Source: Octopus bimaculoides (lineage: Eukaryota). Taken from it: a stretch of 64,000 nt of DNA. Within the stretch, counting starts at the first letter, position 1; each line of letters opens with the position of its first letter. The notes beneath the pieces are model-generated. The model saw nothing but the letters and a program-made list of their open reading frames with translations, was not told where the DNA came from and made no database searches. This document shows, piece after piece, positions 54,110 through 64,000 of the stretch. The DNA lies in NCBI RefSeq assembly GCF_001194135.2, contig NC_068982.1, forward strand, positions 110,019,607-110,083,606, written 5' to 3'. Both the position numbers and the translations under genes were made by a program.

Positions 54110-54790
54110 ACAAGGATAGCTAATGAACTTGAGAGATATGAAATAACAGCTGATGCCGATATCTCCTCAAGGCTTCATCGGTAAAGAAGAACAGAATAAA
54201 ACAAATGTACCGGTTCACTAAGAATATAGTAAATGGATACTTGGCACGTAAAACACAAACCATAGAAGGGGATGATTTTGTTAAAAGCTTGGCATGGAGT
54301 ACCGACAAGTTTATAACATCCCACTTTGAGGGCTACCTCTATGTAATCCAAGTACGAGAAATCCCCAAGTACCTACAGCATAAAAGGCAGAAAACGTTGA
54401 CAAATAAAAAAAATTGTAGGCTGCGCAAGACCAAGTCTGGAGACATCAACCACATTATTGTCAACTGCAAGAGAAAGTATTTCGGATATTGACTTCCCAT
54501 GAAGACAATATCTGGAATACATTCTCCAGAAGAGTCTGGAACAAGATAACAAAAAAGAAAACACCTACAATAAAGTTGACGATATTGAGACTTATTGAGA
54601 CTCATGGGTATAAAAATACTGGTGGAATTTTAAAATTAAAACAGATATTGCTGTTTGGAACCACAGGAAAAAAGATGTTCTGTTGTGAAAATCAGCTGCC
54701 TTCTGGACACCAATGTTGTTCGAAAAATACAAGAGAAGAATACGTCTATGGACCAATAATAAGGAGTTTGCAAATCAAGTACCCAAAATT
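54110..54790 (+). pseudogene. RLE-type LINE fragment (pre-knuckle, CCHC knuckle and start of RLE)
   Basis: NGYLARK...SLAWSTDKFITSHFEGYL...KYLQHKR...KNCRLRKTKSGDINHIIVNC, then HEDNIWNTF...IETHGYK and DIAVWNH remnants. Confidence 0.85.
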
Positions 54791-54797
54791 CTTGTGT

Positions 54798-55130
54798 GAA
54801 GGCACATGACTCAGTGGTTAGAGCATCGGGCTCACAATCATGAGGTGCTGAGTTCGATTCCCGGACCGGTCTGTATGTTGTGTTCTTGAGCAAGACACTT
54901 TATTTCACGTTGCTCTAGTTCAATCAGTTGTAGAAACAAGTTGCGACGTCACTGGTTCTAAGTTGTATCGGCTTTTGCCTTTCCCTTGGATAACATCGGT
55001 GACGTGGAGAGGGGAAGCTGGTATACATGGGTGACTTCTGGTCTTCCATAAACAATCTTGCTCGGACTTATATCTAGCAGGTGAACTCTCATGGTCATTC
55101 ATGACCGAAGTGGAGTCTTTACCTCTACCC
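54798..55130 (+). mobile_element. tRNA-derived SINE (family D)
   Basis: Head GGCACATGACTCAGTGGTTAGAGCATCGGGCTCAC...GAGTTCGATTCCC (A/B boxes), central TTGTGTTCTTGAGCAAGACACTTTA...TTGCTCTAGTT and a 3' CATGGTCATTCATGACCG stem-loop with a short repeat tail. Confidence 0.85.
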
Positions 55131-55493
55131 AAAATACGCTATCAGCTTCATACCCACTATTATTGGAGCAACAGGATACATACCAACCCGTCTGGAGCAA
55201 AGTATGACTGAACTTAGGTTCTTGTGGGGAGATCGCAAATCCTTAATTCAAAAGCTACAAATAATCATCATATCTGGGGCCATAGAAATCTGCAAGACCT
55301 TAAGGTTTAAATGATGATGGTTAAATCAAGATGCTTTCCTTCACAATCTTGCTAAGTAGGCTGGTCAAAATTTATTCTGAATTTAAAAGAGAAAGAGAAC
55401 AAATACATGCATGCATACATACATACATACATACATACATACACACACACATACATACATACATACACACAAATACATACATACATACATACA

Positions 55494-55733
55494 TATGTAA
55501 AACTTTCCAAAAATTTAGCACATAAATACATATGCATGCATCTAGACATAAAAACGCATCCATAAAACAAACATACAAATCTGCGCATACACTAACACCA
55601 AATACTGCACACACACACATATGCACAAATACCTAGATGATGTTGATAAAAGTTCCAATGAAGGAGCCTTGAATCTATGTTAGAGTCCGGCTCTTTCTCT
55701 ATGGACAAGAAATACAGAAATGAAACTGATTGA
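55494..55733 (+). mobile_element. 5'-truncated RLE LINE 3' end (ORF end plus 3' UTR)
   Basis: CKTFQKF..* followed by a UTR matching the reverse complement of 38721-38990. Flanked on both sides by (CATA)n. Confidence 0.8.
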
Positions 55734-55739
55734 CATACA

Positions 55740-55770
<31 letters not shown>

Positions 55771-55979
55771 GTATACAGGCATACACATATGAATGGTTGT
55801 GTGCGTGCGATATATTTCTCATACAAATTTTGTAAATTTATCTATCTATCTGTTTATCGTAATCTATCTCTCGATCGCCTTATTTTTCTCTGAATTTCTC
55901 TCATGCTGCTCGTTTTCTCTTTTTCTTTCCTTCTGAGTCATTCACTATTTTTCTTTACACTCTTATACACACACGCGCG

Positions 55980-56281
55980 TGGATGCGCAATGGCCCAGTG
56001 GTTAGAGCAGCGGACTCGCGGTCATAGGATCGCGGTTTCGATTCCCAGACCGGGCGTTGTGAGTGTTTATTGAGCGAAAACCCCTAAAGCTCCACGAGGC
56101 TCCGGCAGGGGGTGGTGGCGAACCCTGCTGTACTCTTTCAACACAACTTTCTCTCACTCTTACTTCCTGTTTCTGTTGTACCTGTAATTCAAAGGGTCAG
56201 CCTTGTCACACTGTGTCACGCTGAATATCCCCGAGAACTACGTTAAGGGTACACGTGTCTGTGGAGTGCTCAGCCACTTGC
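55980..56281 (+). mobile_element. tRNA-derived SINE (family A), 3' end lost in a gap
   Basis: Nearly identical to 12218-12520. Confidence 0.9.
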
Positions 56282-56291
56282 NNNNNNNNNN

Positions 56292-56344
<53 letters not shown>

Positions 56345-56835
56345 AACACGTTTTCTTCCTCTGTCCCTTCCTCTCAATCTTCACATATTCTCATACTAAA
56401 TAACGTTGTGCCAATAATTTAATAAATCTACATTTCTGAAGATTGCTAAACTATACTTTATATAAAGTCAATGACTGACGATGTATAAAATTTCGTATGC
56501 ACATCAATAATTGTTATAGGTTTAAAATCTTCAGTCAATGTTTGTGATTTAACAACTAGAGGCAGCTTTAGTATTTAGGACAAGGTTTGACGTATGTGAC
56601 ATAGTGAAATTATTCATGAAATTAGTAGACAAGAACTCCCTCTAACGATGTATTAAATCTTAAACACAATGAGCAAGGGAGGTAAATTTGATAATACACG
56701 ATAACCAAATTTTTGAATAAAGACGATGCAGATGTGATGAACGCAATAGACATGTTTCAGTCTTGTTAGCTCTCAACAGCGACATTAGAAATCAAAACTC
56801 CCTCCTTCCTTCCTTCTCTACCTCCCGCTCTCTCG

Positions 56836-56914
<79 letters not shown>

Positions 56915-57101
56915 TCTCTGTAGTTGGAAGCCCTAGCGTTCGTGTACTTGAAACGCTGGACGTTCCCTTGTGGTATTTTCTTTCAGTCATGTTCATGATA
57001 TTCCTAATCAATGCCCTTGTATGTGTATATACGTCTATATATATGTAGGTAGGTAAGTAGGTAGGTAGGCAGGCAGGCATGCAGGCAGGCATGCAGGCAT
57101 G

Positions 57102-57145
<44 letters not shown>

Positions 57146-57706
57146 TAGGTAGGTAGGTAGGTAGGTAGGTAGGTAGGTAGGTAGGTTGAGCGCGAGGACG
57201 CAGAAATACCTCTGGCTTATGTCAGTGTGCAGTGAAACCAGCGGGAGTGAGGTACTCCTAGCTGTTGTTACAGTGCCCTTCTAGAAGTGGAGCACCAACT
57301 GTTTCATGCGACCATTGGTCATCTCGCTTCGGTCTGTCACGTCGCACTAATCACAGACACTCAGAGAGTGGTACACGTGTTATACAAGTGCTTTTTACAA
57401 TAATCCAATCTACAGATGTTTCATTTGCCATTCCATCAACCGAAAGACCTGAAGCGATGGAAGAGTGGTGATATGTGCAGACTTAACCAATTGGAAACGC
57501 ATAGTAAGTTACAACTTTCGTCTGTGACCTGTACTTCAAGCCATGCAGATCTACAACGGGACTAAATAAGTCATCTGAAAGGTTATGGACAGAAAGTCAG
57601 AAATGCTATTGACAATAAGGAAGCACAGAAAGAGGACAATCATCTGTGAAAATGAAGCAATCACTATGTGTATGTGTATGTATGAATATATGTTTGCATG
57701 CATGTA

Positions 57707-57754
<48 letters not shown>

Positions 57755-60201
57755 TATGATATTGATGTGTCTCATGTTGCTATTTTTTATCATTATTTTG
57801 AAAGCTAGCATTTCTTGTATTGCGTCATTTCCTATTAGTTTATTAATAACAATTAAGATGTCTATATATTCAACGAATGTTTGTTTTTGTTTTTGTATAT
57901 ACAAATTATAAGGTCACCCCTATTGTAAAAGTGTGTTTCCAATCCGATTTGTGTATAATTTGAATATGTAGAAGTTCTGTGTTCTAATAGTGAAAATGTT
58001 TCCTAAATTATTGCAACACGAATGCCCTGCTGATAACGAAATCTGTTAATTACATAAATGTATTTTTACTTCCGTAAGTATTGTAATGTAAAATTTGTAG
58101 ATTTTTAGTATTTCGTTTTTAACGCTGTGTTGTTGTTGTTGTTGTTTTTAATTTCTTGTTTTCTGTGCGAAAAGTATATTCTTAGGTGTATTTAGGGCGG
58201 ACCTGTAACGCTGGAAAGGGTACTTCCTGTTTTATCGTTATCAGTTTTATTGTTCCTCTTAAATATTGTGCTTTCCTGGAGTATTTGTAAACGTTTTTGT
58301 TTTTTGAAATTTTGTTAGTATTTTGAAAACTTCGTAAAAAAAAAAGCGGAAATGGATCGTATGGATTGTACAATCCACTTAGTGGAGAATTGTAGCTTCT
58401 GATGACATTTTGCACGCGCTGGTAGAAATATTTCTGCCGCTGTTATCCTATTTTCCTCGTATATTATATTCATGTTTAGCTTATCTATATATTTAGCTAT
58501 TTTTAAAAATAATATGGTGGTGTTTGACGAAAATTTAATTGCTATTTCTAGTGGGTCGAGTGACCGCATAGGGATTTAATGATTTGCATAGTGTTGGAAA
58601 TATTTGAAGATGAACTTTGCAATCTATTTTGCTGTTATAAAATTTCGATCATGACGTGTTGAATAATGCCAACCGGATATCGAAGAGCAATAAAAACTTT
58701 AATGAATCATAATAAGTAGGGACCTCTGAAGCAGTAATAGCAACGATTATTGCAGTAGTTTATTGCAGTAGCTATTGATTCTATTAATATCATTATCAGA
58801 TTATTACTATCAACATCATCAAGATTATTTTTATTTTCATTTATTTCCAATGAAATCAAATTTCAATGCATGATCTATGTCAAATGCAATATTACAAACG
58901 TATACATATCTCTATAGACTTTATAGCAGTATATGGTTGTCCTGTCTTTATTATTCAGAGTTTTCGTTCTTTAAAATTTTTAATCGAATAAACACCAACT
59001 CAAATGTTCTGCAATGCAGAAAAGAGCAAGCGGCCTTGTTTATCTTGTGTATGACAATGACAATACTAATGCACCAACATCACAACAGCAATCCAACAAG
59101 ATCAGCAGCTCCTCTCAATCAGAGAGTTGCATGCCATATCAATACAAGCCCACTAGATTCATCGTCTTCTCTGTATTGTGATTTATCCCCTCCCCAGGGA
59201 CCAAGGTAGCCGCTGTACCCACGCTTTTCTTCCAAGAGTGTTGCCCTTCTGGAATTGCTCCTTCCTCATTCATGCTTTCCATGTGTACATCATCTTACAG
59301 GTGTTTAAACTGAACATCAGCAGTATCAACATTACCAATCTGGGATTGTCCTCTTAATTAAACCATTAAAAAAAGACAACCGATGTCAAGACTTAAAAAA
59401 AAAGACATCCTTGATAAAATCTGAAATGTGGGTAATGTGTACTGTAGCATTGTGATTGTATGTTTAACTCAATCTGTAAAGAAATAAAGCATCTGACGTT
59501 TCCATTTTTAGATGCAACGTCCCACTTATTCGCTAACAATTTATTACACAGTCAAATACCACATAATCTGATTTTGGCAAAAAACAAACACAAAAGCCAG
59601 TTGCTAACAAAGTGACATGATTATTTCGTAGGATTATAAATAGATCTAAACAATAATTTCATAAGTATGCACGACGGTGTGTATTGAGGCTCAAGATTCA
59701 AATGTAGATTTTTTTTAAATTCTGTTTTTATATACAATTGCATTGATTAGCTGAACCTATCAAGTTATCTTTGATGTTCGTTGTAAGCTAACATTAGCTT
59801 TTATGACATATTAATTAACTTTTTCGTCACATAATCTGGATAAACAATAGTTATAGTCATGAATGAGAGCATAAAATTTTCAGCTTCATCATTACGCTTA
59901 GATATTTTGCTTTCAGCGACTTTAATGATACACTTTTATGTTATGACTAGCTTAATATCCACAACAGTTCTTCAATCTGCAACTCTGTGACAGAAATGTA
60001 TCAATTATCTTGTATTTTGTACTGAATTAATATTGTGTGAATGTCAGTCAAGTATCCTTTAGTCTTAAAAGACAACCGTTCCGGCAGTTGTCTTTTTAGG
60101 AGACATGAGACATTTTACATAAAATAAAACTTTACCGACATTTTGTCTTCATGAAAGATATGACCAAACTCATATCTTCTATGCAGGCGTAACACAAACA
60201 T

Positions 60202-60293
60202 TTTCTCTTTAAAATGAAGCCCGTAGATTGACAATTTTACTAAGAAATATCTTAGTAAAATTGCCCATCTACGGGCTTCATTTTAAAGAGAAA
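60202..60293. repeat. 92-bp palindrome (44-bp arms, 4-nt loop, 2 mismatches)
   Basis: TTTCTCTTTAAAATGAAGCCCGTAGATTGACAATTTTACTAAGA-AATA-TCTTAGTAAAATTGCCCATCTACGGGCTTCATTTTAAAGAGAAA. Confidence 0.95.
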
Positions 60294-61047
60294 CTTCGGC
60301 AAATATAAAATTTATAGTTCGCTGACAAAGTCATAACAAGATTAAAACCATGTCCGGAGATGCCTCCTGTATTTGCTGAAATACGTAAAATATCAGTAAT
60401 TAATATTGTTTTTTCTCTTAAGATGATTGCTTTTCCTTGTTAACTTTTTAATGTTCTCTCATAAAATGTTTACATTAGTTAGCTATACGTCCTTCTACCA
60501 ACGGAGCTCAATATTGTCGACCCTACACACTCCTGGGTCAATAAATTAAGTTACAGATATGTACTCGCATATATCGTTGACCTTGCCACTGCAAAACATC
60601 ATTATTAACACGCGCGCGCGCGCACATACACAACAAACACTAACATCAACACAAACAATGGCGGCAACACCACCACAACCACCATTCCTATGACCTCCCT
60701 CCTAATGCTACTAACCGTCACAGACATCACGACCCCATCATCATTGTTAAGATCATCACCACCACTAATACCTGCATCCACAATTAACACCATTCATTAC
60801 CACCATCATTACCACCGCCATCACCACCACCACGTTATCATCATTAATACGAACAATATCAACACTGACACTAACATCAACATCATTTTCATGAAGTCGT
60901 AGTCAACAATACATATTTTTCTATTATCATCGTCGTCACTGTCGTCATCGTCGTCATCACCATCATCGTCATCATCATCGTCATCATTATCAGCAGCAGC
61001 AGCAGCAGCAACAGCAACCACATTACTAATGTCATCATCATCATCAT

Positions 61048-61079
<32 letters not shown>

Positions 61080-61223
61080 TCATCACCACGACCACCACTA
61101 TCATCAACGCAGCGCTAGACAATACTTTTACATCGAACAATATAATGGTAATTTACAGACATTCAAAGCTCATCTATAAGCTTAGTTTTCGCACGCGCGC
61201 ACACACACACATACACACACACA

Positions 61224-61268
<45 letters not shown>

Positions 61269-61664
61269 GCATTCACACAACCAACCCATACACTCGCGCG
61301 CGCGCGCACACACACATGTGCACACATGTACAGATAATGATACCCGTTTCCTAGTAACGGGTAAGCTGTCCAAGTCCAACAACATTCAGTATAGTATTTG
61401 CTGTTAGAAGGAAGAAATGGAAATCAGATATTCCGACTCAGTCCCAAACGTCCAGAACTAATGTTGTTTACGGTCACCATTGTCGTCATCATTCACATCA
61501 ATTCACTAACCGCATCCCACCCACAATGCCCCAAACTGCGATGATAAATAATATTAATAATGTTCCTTATTTGTCGCCTTAAATACGACAAATGGGTGTG
61601 GGGAGTTACCGTCGAGTGTGGTAAGAGTAAAAAATGGAAAACAACAAGCAAAATATTGATATGA

Positions 61665-61769
<105 letters not shown>

Positions 61770-61998
61770 CCTTTCTACTAAAAGCACAAAGCCTAAAATT
61801 TTAGGGCAGGGGACTAGTAGATTATATCGGTTTCAGTGTTTCCCTGGTACTTAAATTTTCGACAAAGGCAAAGTCGACCTCGGCGGAATTTGAACTCAGA
61901 ACGTAGCGACGGGTGACATGGTGCTAAGCATTTCGCCCGGCGCGCTAACGATTCTGCCAGCTCGCCGCCTTGATAATAATAATAATAACAATAACAGC

Positions 61999-62036
<38 letters not shown>

Positions 62037-63524
62037 TGACGATGATTTCAAATTTTGGCACAAGCCAGCAATTTCTTTCCATCTTAGTTTTATTGGAACT
62101 CCTGGAGTCTTGCATGCGTAGCAGGCCTGGTACTGTAGGCTGCAGACTGCAAGCTGCAGACTGCAGGCTGCAGACTGCAGGCTGCAGGCTGCAGGCAGCA
62201 AGCCTGCTATGCATGCACGACTCCAGGAGTTCCAACAAAACCTGAGATAAAAAGAAATAATAAATAATGGCTTCAAATTTTTCCACAAGGGCAGCAATTT
62301 GGAGAGAGGTGGGGATGAGTCGATTACATTAACCCTGGTATTCAAATGGTACTTATTTTATCGACCCAGAAAGGATGAAAGGCAAAATCGACTCAACAGA
62401 ATTCGAACTCCGAACGTAAAACTGACAAAATGCCGCTAAGCATTCTGTCCGGCGTGCTAACGATTCTACCAGTTCACCGCTTTAATAATAATAATCAAAT
62501 TCTGCCGATGTCCCAGTGTGAGCTTTGCTTTTCATATTTTCCAAGTTAAAAAACTAAAGCACCAGCCAAGTACTGGAGTCGATGGAAGACAGGTCGGCAT
62601 AGTAGTTAAAATATCGTTCATGCATTATTTGTACTGCCTTTTACTATCTGAATTCAAATCTTTCTAAGGTTACCTTTGTTTTTCACCTCTACAGGGTCGG
62701 TCAACAAAATAAGGTATCAGACAAGTCTGAAGGCAATTTAGTCGGCCTCGTACATTTTCCGTTAGGAGGAAGGAATGAAAATCATATGTTTAAACTCAGT
62801 TCCAAATTGCTGACCTGGAACCACACTGCAAGCGTGGGCGATGGTTAGGCATCGGATTAAAGATCCTGTGAGACGTTTCTTCTGGCACTATACGTTCTCA
62901 GCTCAAATCACGCCGATATGAAGCATACTTTTCATTCATGGGAGGTTGATAAAATAAAGTACCAGTCAAATACTGAGATCGATATAATCGATTGTACCCC
63001 CACGCACACACAGCCACATACACACACCGAAAATTTGAGACCTTGTTAGAGATTATTGATTTCAAATTCTGACACAAGGCCAGCAATTTCGGGGAGGGGG
63101 GTAAGTCAATTGCATCGACCCTCAGGGCTTAAATGATACTTACTTTTTATCGACCCCCGAAAGGGATGAAAGGCAAAGTCGACCTCGGCGTAATTTGATC
63201 TCAGAACGTAACGGCAGACGAAATACCGCTAAGCATTTCGCCCGGTGTGCTAACGATTCTACCAACTCGCCACCTGGCAACTATGTTAGAAATTATTAAT
63301 AATAATATACTAATGCAAGGCAGCGATCTGGCAGAATCGTTAGAACGTCGGACAAAATGCTTAGCGGTTTTTCGCCCGTCCTCACGTTCTGAGTTCAAAT
63401 TCTGCCGAAGTCGACTTTGTCTTTCATCCTTCCGGGATCGATAAAATAAGCACCATTCGAGCACTGGAGTCGACATAATCGACTTACTTTCTCCTCGAAA
63501 TTGCTGACCTTGTGCCAAAATTGA
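61770..63524. mobile_element. Cluster of about six family C SINEs in alternating orientation
   Basis: Approximate copies: 61770-61970(-), 62270-62485(-), 62497-62760(+, degenerate), 62835-63060(+), 63060-63275(-), 63317-63524(+). Confidence 0.8.
62087..62241. mobile_element. MITE-like element: 40-bp TIRs enclosing a (CTGCAGR)n heptamer array
   Basis: Left GTTTTATTGGAACTCCTGGAGTCTTGCATGCGTAGCAGGC versus the inverse of the right arm GTTTTGTTGGAACTCCTGGAGTCGTGCATGCATAGCAGGC (37/40). A solo arm of the same family lies at 13401-13460. Confidence 0.85.
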
Positions 63525-64000
63525 TATTAATTATATACCGGTGCACACAATCATAAGCCCCAAGTTAACGATAAACAGGAAGTAACCACAAGGTTACTTC
63601 TATTCGCTAGAATTACCTAACTAAATCGCCCTCAAATATGAATCTACTTCTTTGAAATGGACACATTGGATAATCTGTCCTAGATTCTCTGCACAAAGGG
63701 AAAAGATTAATTTGTCATACACAATGAGGACTGACTTAGACTAAACAACAAATACAACAGCTTTCTTATTCTCTGCTTGCATCACTACCATCATCATCAT
63801 CACCCCTAACATTTACTACATGAAGTAGAAAAGATACTTAGTAGCAGCACAACTATCACCAATACAATTCACAAGAATTTTTAATTACCACAAGCAACGT
63901 TAACATAACCATCATCATTGTCATCATCATCATTATCACCACCACCACTACCAATAGAACCACCACAGTCATCATCATCATCATCGTCATCGTTGTCATT

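Noticed and set aside
58395-58436. CTGATGA...GAAATATT hammerhead candidate
   Set aside because: No 10.1/11.1 pair, no stem II and no stem I complementarity; consistent with chance.
59005-59300. Non-repetitive, higher-GC stretch with short ORFs on both strands (one containing DNDNTNAP, cadherin-like by eye)
   Set aside because: Every frame closes within about 55-110 codons, the motif does not match the cadherin DxNDNxP consensus, and there is no clear exon boundary.

Overview
AT-rich, repeat-saturated animal DNA, probably intronic or intergenic. The SINE, LINE and microsatellite content suggests a cephalopod, most likely Octopus (inference from pattern recognition, not a search). No host protein-coding exon can be called with confidence. 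Fourteen N-gaps total about 5.6 kb, and every long ORF in the track is an artefact of gaps or microsatellites. Supported content: (i) decayed RLE-type (R4/Dong-like) non-LTR retrotransposon fragments; (ii) one Tc1 fragment and several mariner relics, including one 1.23-kb mariner with both TIRs; (iii) at least four tRNA-derived SINE families; (iv) Helentron-associated (HINE/DINE-like) elements; (v) fold-back elements, a 20-bp minisatellite and many microsatellites. The most striking unexplained signal is six sequence-unrelated minimal type I hammerhead ribozyme motifs. Four have an intact CUGANGA/GAAA/UH core and two are degenerate. Each has a (pseudo)palindromic stem III and lies about 45-130 nt upstream of a (TA)n tract. 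This points to a diverse population of short, (TA)n-associated, hammerhead-bearing non-autonomous retroelements of the Penelope pLTR/retrozyme type. Separately, one RLE LINE subfamily appears to insert repeatedly into (ATAC)n microsatellites.
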